Shown: positions 52,432-64,000 of the stretch, one piece after another
Layout: each line of letters opens with the position of its first letter
Position numbering within the stretch: the stretch's first letter is position 1
Assembly: GCA_038496445.1 (NCBI GenBank)
Contig: JALMLS010000585.1
Location: forward strand, 248,001-312,000
DNA from: Trichosphaerium sp. ATCC 40318
Lineage: Eukaryota > Protista > Tubulinea
Direction: 5' to 3'
Length of the DNA stretch: 64,000 bases
Program-made: the position numbers and the translations under genes
Notes under the pieces: generated by a model
What the model was told of the DNA's origin: nothing
The model's database searches: none
The model's input: only the letters and a program-made list of their open reading frames with translations

Positions 52432-54146
52432 TTATAAAAGTTCTACATTATTATCTGCGTAAGGAGACTCAGTATTGTCTGAATCCTCTACAGACTCATT
52501 GCTTGATGATCCTTCATCAGAATCGGAAGTGTGATTTGAACCTTCACCAGAGTGTTCGGAATTCTCAGATTGGTGTGAAGCTGATTGGCTTATCTCTTTG
52601 TTACCCATTTCAGTGTCTATATTTTTTTCTGTATTCTCGTTGTCATCATCCTCGTGTATCACACCACAAGCCCAAAACAAACAGCAAGACATACAAACAA
52701 TAATAATACCAAAAGCAGATAGCATTCCAATAAACAGTCTTTTTGCATGACCAGCACGTTTAGATATTATTTGATTCTTTACCATAACAATATCATTAGA
52801 ATCGCTTTTTGATGTTGTTTGTAAGTTAACAGCCTGCAATAAAAAAGAAGTTAGGTACACTTGAGTAAAAAAATGGAAAAAATGTCTTCACAGTTTAACA
52901 AAAAAGTGTGGCAACCGTGAATAGCCAGGTTTTTTCGAACAAAAATATTAGTATGTATTGTTTGAATATGGCATTTCATAGAGTTTAAAACCATCAAGCT
53001 GGTACACGTACACTTGTATATCTGTTAAGGTCATCATGAATTGAATAAATCCTTATTGCCTCACCATTTTGTGGGTTCTCATCCCAATCGCTAAGACATT
53101 TTACAGACGACCTTGCTGATTCACATCCATTCTCTTTACTGTATAGAAATTTACATCCCATCCAGAACTTAATGGTCTCCTGTAAACAAACCATTAACTT
53201 TGTGACACAAGTAGTTTCGCATAGGATGCTTTTGTCTCTATCGACTTGTATCCTTATCAAACCAAAGGTTATTGAAACTAATGAACACAAACAAGAGAAG
53301 ACGATGTCAAGAATTCGAGTCTTAGATATCAACTGCCTGGTGCAGTCGATAACAGTTTTTTTTTTCATTGAAAATAAGTCACTTTGAAGACGGGAAAAAA
53401 GTGTCGTACTGTTCCATTTAGTGCTTCTGTTCCAGGATAAAACGATATGGGTACAACACACTGAAAGCAATTAGTTCCGGCTAACAAGTTCCTGCTTCTA
53501 CATTCCCATCGGTTTTCACCCCAACTACAAACAAGTAAACACAATTCACTGGTTTTTTTTTCAAAGAAAGCACGTGCTTTCGTTGTTCTAAATACGTACT
53601 ACTTTGTATCAGTTAGAATCTCATACGGAGTATCAAACTCATATCCATACGCATCTCTGCGTATGACTTCAACAGTACCATTAACAACGTCTTGTGGCGT
53701 TATTGTAACAACTCCTGAAAAAAAAAATTGTAAGAAATTGCATTTGTGTTTTTTGAGCGAAGCTCGCTTCCTTAGCGTTGCTTACCGTCTTTTTCTATTG
53801 CCCAATAAGGATGACCATGTATAGCAAGCACTGCGCTTGTTGTTATTGTTGATACAACGACAATAACGAAGATTGCTGGTATTGTTGCTTCTAAAGACCC
53901 AGCAACACATTTTAGGAGTCCAATGAGCGTTGAAAACAAGCAAACAATACACAAACAACCAAATACGAGAATAAGAGTTCTAGGTAGTTGGCTCTATTTG
54001 TAGCTTCTTAAAAACGCGTCGTAGGTCATTTTGCGTACTACGTGTGCTCCTATAAGCCAATAACAAACAGATATACCCAAAAACAGTATTAGACCCACAA
54101 AAGTGAATAAAACTGTGAATCTTAAGCGCTTTGAGAAGCTTATCAT
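52432..54146 (-). CDS. Four-TM membrane protein with tetraspanin-like topology and acidic tail
   Basis: Three N-terminal TMs, a large Cys-containing loop, TM4 LFIGMLSAFGIIIVCMSCCLFWACG, and a Ser/Glu/Asp-rich C-terminus. Confidence 0.6.
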
Positions 54147-54548
54147 TGCTTCTCCTTGTTTTCGATGTCTTGAATTAAATGCCTTAGCTCTTTTTTTTTT
54201 TTTTCACTGAACACTTTCGGATCTTACAAATAACCACAAAAAGTGATCCATACGCCTTTGGATACAATATCTTTTCATGGCAACACTTTAATGCCTGAAT
54301 CAGTAATTGATCTACAAAACTTCAAGTAAATAGTATGAACTCCTGCCAGCAATAGTAAATCATAGTTGTCAATAGCAAAGCAGGGTGTTATGTAATAAAT
54401 TGTTGCAACGCTAGGTTTTTGGTTTGTTGGAGACACTGAAGCCACTGTGTAGATTGTAATTGTCTTTTTATTTTGCAACAGTTAAACTAATTTATACCTC
54501 TTTCAAAAAGATCTGCAATGATGTTACAAATACTCTAAGCAACAGTCT

Positions 54549-56598
54549 TTACACATTCACTGATAAGGCCTTAAGCCTTACAATACATTCTCTTGAGATG
54601 CTGTTGCCATAGTTTTTTAAGGTATGAAGACCCACAAGTGCTTCTATACCATTATCAGTCACATATCGATTGTTAATAGAAATTGTATGAACACCTTTGA
54701 GCGCTCTGACACCTCCATTAGTCACTTGATTACATCTTTGAATATCAATAGTATGCACGCCAGCCAATGCTTTTAAGCCTCTATCTGTTATTTGTGTACA
54801 AGACTGAAGTTTAATTTTATGTACTCCAGCTAGTGCTTGAATACCGTCATCTGTCACTGAAGTGTGATTGAGGCTAATTGTATGAACTCCAGCCAAAGCT
54901 TTAATTCCGTTATCTGTTACTGAGGTGTTACTAAGGTAAATTGTATGTACACCTTTCAGCGCTTTGATGCCTTCATCTGTCACTGAGGTACCTCCAACGT
55001 AAATTGTATGTACTCCAGCCAATGCTTTGATTCCGTTATCTGTTACTGAGGTGTTACTAAGGTAAATTGTATGTACACCTTTCAGCGCTTTGATGCCTTC
55101 ATCTGTCACTGATGTATTAATAAGAGTAGCAGAATGAACTCCAGCAAGTGCTTTGATACCTACATCTGTAACTTGAACACATCCAAAAAGGAAAATCTTG
55201 TGAACTCCAGCAAGCGCTTTTATACCTTCATCTGTCACTTGATGGCAACCGCCAAGGTTAATACTATAAACACCAGCCAGCGATTTGATACCTTCATCTG
55301 TCACCGAGGTGCCTCCAAGGCGAATAGTATGAACTCCAGCCAACTCTTTGATACCTACATCTGTAATCTGGCTACACCCTGAAAGACTAATTGTATGAAC
55401 ACCTTTGAGTGCTTTGATACCATCATCTGTAATATGTTTACAACCAGTGAGTGTAATTTCATATACCCCTATCAACGCTGAAATGCCTTCATCTGTAATA
55501 TCACAACCATACAGGTTGATCGAATGTATGCCTTTGAGTGCTTTGATACCTTCATCTGTGACTTTGGTTAAACGAAGACTACGAATGGTATGGACACCAG
55601 CCAATGCTTTGATACCTTCATCTGTCACTGAAGTTTCTCGAAGACTAATTGTATGTACACCTTTCAATGCTTTGATACCTTCGTCTCCTACTTTCCGACA
55701 AGTAGAAAGGTCAATATTGCTAACACCTTTAAGTTGTTTGATGCCCTCATCTGTAATTGAGTCGCAATTACTAAGATTAATTGTATGGACACCTTGTAGT
55801 GCTTTGATGCCCTCATCTGTTATTGAGCAGCATCCAGTTAGGTTAATTGTGTGGACACCCTTCAATGTTTTAATGCCTTGATCTGTAACTTGTTGACAAT
55901 GACTGATATCAATGTAGCTAACTTGGTTACTGCTACCAATTAATTTCAAATCAGTATCATTGACTTGCTTGTTCCTTGGTGATCGTTGGAGTTTACGGCA
56001 ACCAGCAAGTAATGAAAATACTGTAAAATTTCTCATATAATTCAACTGAATGATACTGTTGTTCATAACACCTTTGTATTGTTGAATCTTTAGAACATCT
56101 TGATATCTCTTGAGATAAACATATTGGTATCCAACAATATCATGAATAATATCAGCCATAAGATGACATGATTGAGCAACAGAAAATCTATCCTTGGCAT
56201 CTGTAAAGTGTAGAATATTCGAGATAACTTCTGGAGGAAAATAAACAATGTTATTCAGTTCTTCATGTTGGATAGATTGGCTAATATTCACCGAATAAGT
56301 AAAAACAAAGTTTCAACTGGAATTAAACGCACGTCTCTTTTTGTTTGCGTTTATGCAAACCAAAGTCGTTTGGATGTGTTGAACGCTTCTTTTTCATGCT
56401 TGGAATAGAATCCTGTGAGTTTTGTAACAGCGCTGAGGTGAGTTGTTTTACAAGGGTTGCATTTATGGTCTTTACGATACTTGTAACTTGTTTTATGAGT
56501 GTTTCATGTTGTTTTGCCACAATTTTACTAAAAACTTGGTTGTGGTGCTCGCGATAGTATGCTAGAGCCTGTTCTACAGAAAAACAAGAGAAACTCAT
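54549..56598 (-). CDS. F-box/LRR protein, copy B (2 exons; ~20 LRRs)
   Basis: Same exon 1, same intron position (GTGCGT..TAG) and near-identical F-box region as 4665-6796. Confidence 0.9.
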
Positions 56599-57121
56599 GA
56601 TTTATTGTTTCGTAGAACAAATATGATTATAACAGGACTTAACGCTAAGAGTGTTGGATTTAAGTTTGGTTGGAAAGAGGACTAAATTATTACTCAATAT
56701 CAAACTGTCAACACTGTACTTAAACAACTGAAGGTAGTATTAGACTAGAGGATGTAATTGATTAACATTTAACAACATATTGCAATTCCATTGCAAGGAT
56801 TAAGCAAGGTACACTGTACTTACAACACTTTAGATTAAAAATTGTCCTAAGAAATCACTGCTACTAATTATACATTAATAGAGTGATGTCCAGCTTTTGA
56901 AGGAGCGAAAGTATCTATGGAATTTCACTCTTGAAAACTCGCAAAAAAAAAGTAACTGCAGTTTTCATGATTTCTTTTGGTAATAAACAATGTCGATACA
57001 CTTGAAAAGGATATTATTGTAGCAGATTATGTTAAGTAACATTCCACCAAAAATAGCTAGACATCTAAAAGCATTAAGTGTATGTAGTTTGTTTTAAAAA
57101 CCATTACAAGCTAGACGATGT

Positions 57122-59864
57122 CTAATATCCTCCTGCATATCCATCTTTTCTCATCTCAGAAGCAGCGCTGTATGTTCTTAAATAACATTTAATTAGTTCC
57201 ATCGCATTACAAAGAAGAAGCAAGAAGTAGAAGCAAAATAAACAATTTTTTTTTTGAAGTTTTTTACTTACTTTGTATCTGCGTTCCACTGAATTGCTTG
57301 GTATCCGCCATAACCACTTCCTACTGTAGTATCTATAACATGGCCACGGCTTCTCAGTTCAGCTCTAACAGTTTCATTGATGCCTAGGTAGATTCTTAGA
57401 ATTTAACCGTTTTTCAGTTCAAGTCATGTCATCACTTACCGCTCTCCATTCTGACCCTTCCTCCATTTGTCATGAAGAACCCTTCAGGTGTGCTGTCCTA
57501 ATTACCTTTATTAGTTCAATATTAGTATTAATAGGTGTAACTCCGTAGTGCTGCCATCTAGCAAGGTCTCCAGCTGCTTGAACATCCATTCCAAAGTCAA
57601 CCATATTTTGTATTATTTGTACGTGACCCTGTTTTCTTGCATTAGTTTATCCTTTTGATAAGTTCAAAATCATACCATTGGCTGCATATCACCACCCATT
57701 ACGCCAAAACTTAAAAACGGATTACCGTCTTTCATTACAAAGGCAGGAATAATTGTGTGAAATGGGCGTTTTCCTTCAAAAAAGGTTAGAAAAAAAACCC
57801 ATGATACAACGAATATTGTCTTTACCTGGCATGTACTGATTATTAGATCCAGGTTTCATATCATAAAGTTCTCCTCTATCTTGGAATATAAAACCTAATC
57901 CTGGTACTACAACTCCAGAACCCATACTGCAAAGAGCTTTAGCATGACTTTTTTTTTCTCGTAATTTTTTATTGTTTTTTTCGAAAAGGCCATACCCACG
58001 AAAGTTAGATTGAATAAAAGACACCATGTTTCCGTATTGATCGGCTGTAGTCAAGTAAATAGTATCAGAATGACTTATAGCGGGGTTTCCTGGTTCAACA
58101 CTACGCAAAGTTGAAGTCATACTTATCATTTCACCTATTAAATTGTAGTCAGTTTTGTTTAAACACGAAGTTTTTTTTTGGATATTACGTCTCAGTTCGG
58201 CGTATTCTTTCGATACTAACGCTTCTATTGGAATAGAAGCAAACGCAGGATCTAAAATAATACATCAAAAAGTCTTTTAGCTTAGAGTATGGAGTACCAG
58301 AGTAATAATAAGCGCGATCAGCGAAAGCAACTTTTTTAGCTTCGATATTAACATGAAGGTAATCTGACAACTGTTAACCGTAGGTTTTTCTTCCAAAGTA
58401 CACGTGCCTGGAGAGTTATAACCCATTCCTTTTATATCATATCCTTCAAGTAAATTAAGCATTTGAAGTACTGAAGCGCCCTACAAACTTGTTTAGAACC
58501 TATTCTGTTCAAGGGAAAAAAACGTTACTTGGGTGCTTGGATGAAGTTCATAGACATCGTAGCCTCTGTAATTAGTTGATAGTGGATCTTCCCATGTTGA
58601 GGTATGAGTTTCAAAGTCATTCATACGAAGAAAGCATGTATCAGGGTGAGATTTGAAGAAGGCATCCATCTTTGCTGCAATACTTCCTAGATATGGATAT
58701 CAGCAACTACGAGAAAAAAAATTGTTGTCGGCAACCTTTGTAGAATGAGTCACGTCCTTCGGTAGCAATAGTCTCGAGTGTGTTAGCCAAATCAGGATTC
58801 TTGAATATCTGACCATCAGAAGGACCAACTGGTCCAAAAGCATCAACAACAGCTGGAAACCCAGGAATACTGTTTTGATTGCTAGAGAGAGTTAATAATT
58901 CAACTTACGATTGAGAAAACTCAGCAATTTTGTGTCGGTTAATCGTACTTAATAAAATTCCTGATACCACTGCGCCATCCTCCAGAAATAATAGGAGAAG
59001 CGGCAAATCCGTTACGAGCATAATCAATTGCGGGTTGAAGTATTTCCGACATTGGTAATTTTCCGAATTTTCCATGAAGCTCAAACCACCCGTCAACACA
59101 TCCTACCTCATTGTAAGTCTTGCAAGTGTACGTAATATATTCTTATACATACCTGGTACACTTATTGGAAGACATCCATATGGAGGTATGGTAGTTCGTT
59201 GCATGTTTGTGAGCAAGGTTTGCATTTGAGAGAACGACAATCCCTTTGGAGATCTACCACTGCCATTCAAACCGTATAACTTCCTTGTATCATTATGCCA
59301 AACAATAGCCATAACGTCACCGCCTATACCAGATCCGGTAGGCTCCATTAAACCAGTACATGCGTTGGCTCCAATAGCAGCATCGACGGCAGTACCTATT
59401 GAAAAGAGCATCAAAAACCAAGCTTACTTTTTTATCGACTTCGAAACGGTTTGTCATACCTCCTTTTTTAAGTATATCTAGAGCAATTTGAGTACATTGT
59501 GGTACAGAAGTAGCTGCAGCGCCATTGTGTGCGTTTACCTAAAAGCCGTTTGTAAAAGTCACGTGACCACAAAAAAAAAGTACTGAATTATCAAAAAACT
59601 TTTCTGTATTACCTTACTTCTTGTAGACCATGCAGATTGGCTGCTTGGACGATCTCCACCACCTTTAGATAGCCCAATTGGTGCTTGAGCACGCATATTT
59701 ACAACTGAATTTGTTAACAGGTCAAAATAACCTTTAAATGGTCTATAATGTTTACCTTTATGATAAGCGGGCTGTACAATAAATAACGTGAACAAAGATA
59801 CGAATAACGCAAGTACTGTAGCTTCGCATAACGTAAACGTTATCTTGGTACGCGAGCGTTTCAT
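57122..59864 (-). CDS. ggt: Gamma-glutamyltransferase family (Ntn hydrolase) with N-terminal membrane anchor
   Basis: [23 protein letters not shown], nucleophile SD|[38 protein letters not shown], and C-terminal RKDGYAGGY. Confidence 0.92.
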
Positions 59865-60467
59865 TTTTGGTGTATGTTCTCCGTTCCCTGTGGAGTGTCA
59901 AAAACGTTTTTGTCGTGATGATACTTAATAACACTTTACTTAAGTACGCCTTACTACTATTGTTTATCAGTATCATTGTAAGCGTTACATTATCTTTATT
60001 TTTAACCTGCTTTGGATTGTACGAAAGGGTATTTTTGTTAAACTAAGGCACAGTTTTTTCAATTTTTTCTTGTTTTTTTTCTCGTTTTCTTCATCTTTTT
60101 GTTAAACTGTACAAAAACCTTTGCCTAAATAAAACTATTCAGTTAAAAAGACTGCTTAAAATACAGAAGAAAACTTGTTAAACACAAATCTATTAAGAAC
60201 TTGAGAAGATACAACAAGCTTTCCCTAGAAAGTATACCAATTTTGCTTTTATTGGTACAAACCATCGCGTGATTTATCTAGACTACCTTATAGCTTTTTA
60301 CTCTACTAGGTTTGCAGGCAAGTCCATTGCTGAAGATGTCTCATCATAGCAGCACTCACAGGTTAGCAGTAAAAGTACTGGTACAAAAAGAATACAGGAT
60401 TGACAGTGCAGATAATTTCGTAAAGCCATAGACATTTCTAAAGTAAAATCTATGATGTTATTTGTTT

Positions 60468-61808
60468 TTACATGTCCTGTGACCGATATAGCCATATGGA
60501 CTCCGTGTCAGTTGAACTCTTGCCAGGTTGAGTTAGCGTATAATCTTTCTTGTTTTCAGTTGTAGACGAGTAGTATGTTGTAATAACCATATTTTCTAAG
60601 TAAAAAAGTTACGTGCTTGTAACTGGAAATTGTACATGACATTATTAGTTCGTACTTGGTTTGCAGCAACTGAAAATGTTTGAACCATACATAAACAAGA
60701 ACGTATTAAATATTGGGAATAGGATATGTGGTATTGATTCAAGCACTTCAAGAACAAACGGCTAAAAAGGTGAGTTTAAAAAAAGTTAGTTTACATACAG
60801 TGTTCTGGTAATCAATAAGTGCGTAGACATATAACACTCCTGAGAATACATAACATAATAGAAACGCAAGAGGATATCCAATAAGTTTTACAATAAGCGG
60901 TACTAGTAAATCCTTGGCACTGTTTACATTCATAGCTTTCTGGCAAAGAGGTTAATCGTGCAAACAAACCAATAAAGATTGAACGTACTCTGAAGTTCAC
61001 AACAAAAAATAGCTCATATATTGACAATGCGTTGAGTACAGCAACGATAGCAAATGAAATAAAGAACGGGAATACAGTTACAAGTCCAAATAGTCTACAT
61101 CAGTTACCACAACAACTTTATGAACCACGTACAACTTATCTAAGAGGGACTGACCCTTCATGAAGCACCTATTAACAGCTGTTAGTAACCCCTTTGATAT
61201 TACGTCACTTACCCACCCCAAGGCTCTCGACCATAAGTTCTTGTAGCAAAAGGTGCTAGAGCCATGACAAGAGGAAACACGAAAACGATGAATAGTATGT
61301 AGGGTTCGGCAACTCCAACCGTTTTCCTACAAATACACGTGTTAGTTTCAAAAAACGCTAGAAACCACGTGATTTTTGTAGAACTATCGATAACAGCGTA
61401 CTTGTATTTGATACAGAAGAATATGTTTACAGAAATTGCCGTAACAATAAAAAATACAGTCATGTGAGTGTATACAACACAATAAGCAGCCAAAGAACAG
61501 AATGGCCCTAAGTGTGAGTGAAATACAATCAATGTATTCGAAACAAGGTTTCTGCATCAAGTAGTATTGTGTTAACGCTTACTAATTGTTTTTAGGGAGG
61601 ATAGAGCAAATACGATCTCGCTAAGGCACAACATCCAATCTACAATCGATAAATACAATAGTAGACGCGTGGAAAAGTCTGTCATGTCTCTGTAGAAGAA
61701 TAGAATCAAGAACATCCATGTTGCTAATATTAAAGCTAAAAGGCCAACTACCACTGTAGAGAGTAGAAACAATTGTTCTTTGCTTATCTCTATCAGCACC
61801 AATACCAT
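60468..61808 (-). CDS. 7TM receptor, cAR/CRL-like family, copy 2
   Basis: FSTRLLLYLSIVD, PFCSLAAY, YGREPWGC, KLIGYPLAF, NTFLFMYG; tail SSTDTESIW. Intron positions are shared with copy 1. Confidence 0.8.
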
Positions 61809-62024
61809 CGTAATCGAGCTCCAAAAATATTCAGCTTAATTTGTACGAGTTTTCAAGTGAAATTCTGGAAATACTTTCGCTCCTTTGTAAAGCTACTCAC
61901 TATATTAATTTTGTGTTAATACTATTTGTAGTAGCGATTATATTGGGACAATTTTTAATCTAAAAGCATTGTGTTTTGATACAGTGCACTTTGCTTAATC
62001 GTCGCACTAAACATTCATCTGCTT

Positions 62025-62757
62025 AAAGGTGTTCATCATCGACCTACTCTGACTAGAGTGACTGATGAATGCTTAAAAGCTTTGGGGGTGTTCACACTAT
62101 TATACTGAGGTGCACAAAAATAACAGATGATGGCATTCATGCGCTCAAACGTGTTCACACAATTGGCCTTTCAAATACAAGTGTAACAGGTGACTGTTTC
62201 TCTTCTTTGGCTTGTCCACACTATTGCTATTTCGAGTTGCCCTATTGCTACTGGTGTACAGAACTCAAAGGTGTTCATTCAATCTGCTTAGCTGAAAAAA
62301 CCATCACAAACAAGGATCTATGCGCTCTTGCTGGTGTACATACCATTCACCTTACTGGCACATCAGTGACAGATGAAGGTATCAAATCGCTGGCTGGTGT
62401 TTATAGTATTAACCTTGGCGTTGCCATCAAGTGACAGATGAAGGTATAAAAGCGCTTGCTGGAGTTCATTCTGCTACTCTTATTAATACATCAGTGACAG
62501 ATGAAGGCATCAAAGCGCTTAAAGGTGTACATTGGATTAACCTCAGTGGTTGTACACAGATAACAGATTATGGCATCAAAGCATTAAAAGGAGTACAGGC
62601 AATTACCCTCAGTAACACCAGTAAAAGATGAAGGCATTAAAGCGTTGAAAGGAGTTCATACAATTATCCTCAATCACACTTCAGTGACAGATGACGGTAT
62701 TCAAGCACTAGCTGGAGTACACCAACAAACCATAAAGCTAGCATTGCAACAATTATA
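62025..62757 (+). pseudogene. Start-less, frameshifted array of ~11 LRR modules related to F-box/LRR copy B
   Basis: No F-box or exon 1; several indels. Tracts 62366-62468, 62458-62519 and 62668-62721 match the reverse complement of 55201-55304, 55084-55145 and 54820-54873. Confidence 0.85.
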
Positions 62758-62784
62758 ATTTTTTCGTATTTTACAAGATTTTTG

Positions 62785-64000
62785 CTAGTGCCATATTGAA
62801 TCTGTGTCAGTAGAACTTTTTACGTATGGTACAGAAGGATTTTCTTCCCTCCAGTTTTCAGTCGTAGACGAGTAGTATGTCGTAATAACCGTAGTTTCTA
62901 AGGTGTAAAAGTTACATGCTTGTAGTTAACAATTTAGGTTTTTGCTACATGATATTATTGTATTCGTACTTGGTTTGCAGCAACTGAAAACGTTTGAACC
63001 ATACATAAACAAGAACGTATTAAATATTGGGAATAGGATATGTGGTATTGATTCAAGCACTTCAAGAACAAACGGCTAAAAAAGTGTATGAGTTTCGAGC
63101 GTGTTGACGTTTTCTTTACATACAGTGTTTTCGTAATCAAGAAGCACGTAGACATATAACACTCCTGAGAATACATAGCATAATAGAAACGCAAGAGGGT
63201 ATCCAATAAGCTTTACAATAAGTGGTGCTAATAAATCCTTGGCACTGTTTACATTCATAGCTTTCTGGCAAAGAGGTTAATCGTGTAAACAAACCAATAA
63301 AGATTGAACGTACTCTGAAGTTCACAACGAAAAATAGCTCGTATATTGACAATGCGTTGAGTACAGCAATAAATATGAATGAAATAAAGAACGGGAATAC
63401 AGACACAAGCCCAAATAATCTATCGAGTTAATGACAGCGAGATATTGGTACAAACGTACAACTTATCTAAAAGAGACTGACCCTTCATGAAGCACCTATT
63501 AACAGCTGTTACTAACACCTTTGATATTACGTCACTTACCCACCCCAAGGCTCTCGACCATAAGTTCTTGTAGCAAAAGGTGCCAGAGCCATGACAAGAG
63601 GAAACACAAAAATGAAGAATAGTATAAAAGGCTCCGCAACCACAACTGTTTTCCTGTGCAAAACAGTCAACTTAAAAAACACGTGTTATATTTTAGCATG
63701 TGCGAGCACGTGATTTTAATACAATAAAAAAAATGTACACGTGATTTTACATGTAAAAGGTAAAAAAAATAAAAAAATGGATCACGTGATTTATGTACAC
63801 CGATAGATAAGCGTACTTGTACTTGATGCAGAAGAATATATTTACAGATATTGCTGTGACTACGAAAAATACTGTCAAGTGAGCACAAACAGCGAAATAA
63901 GCTGCCAAGGAGCAAAACGGTTCTAAAGTGTCTTTAGCAAAACTTTCAGGCATTCAAGCAAGTATAAGTCTAAGGTTGCTTGGTTTTGTGCGTACTAATA
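62785..64000 (-). CDS. 7TM receptor, cAR/CRL-like family, copy 3 (recent tandem duplicate of copy 2; 5' end outside window)
   Basis: High nucleotide identity to 60.5-61.5 kb, including some introns; tail SSTDTDSIWH*. Confidence 0.8.

Noticed and set aside
60468-60600. Suspected frameshift in the tail of 7TM copy 2
   Set aside because: On re-reading, the last exon is in frame through SSTDTESIW to TAA.
1-64000. Alternative genetic code or stop readthrough to explain the fragmented ORF track
   Set aside because: Conserved genes (ThrRS, NAA50, GGT, C2) join cleanly through short introns under the standard code.

Overview
AT-rich, gene-dense eukaryotic DNA with many short spliceosomal introns (mostly about 40-100 nt). 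It looks like a protist, probably an amoeba, but the taxon cannot be assigned from sequence. The standard genetic code reads through conserved genes. I can reconstruct about 28 genes by hand, so exon boundaries are approximate. Conserved or recognisable genes: a NUGGC/dynamin-like GTPase (5'-partial), an organellar-type ThrRS, NAA50, a Nudix hydrolase, C2 and TPR proteins, a PH-PH formin and a gamma-glutamyltransferase. The accessory content is more striking. (1) About eight F-box or F-box-like genes carry different C-terminal modules (LRR x2, SPRY, dead AGC kinase, MORN-variant x2, unknown x2). (2) Two F-box-LRR paralogs have near-identical F-box regions but different 21-22 aa LRR modules, and a start-less, frameshifted LRR module array at about 62.0-62.75 kb shares exact in-register tracts with one of them. 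This is a candidate modular receptor-diversification system. (3) Several core enzymes appear as intact but catalytically degenerate copies (eIF4A, AGC kinase, Arf). (4) Three cAR/CRL-like 7TM receptors share a TDxE/DxxW tail motif. GC-AG introns and CACGTGA boxes recur throughout.
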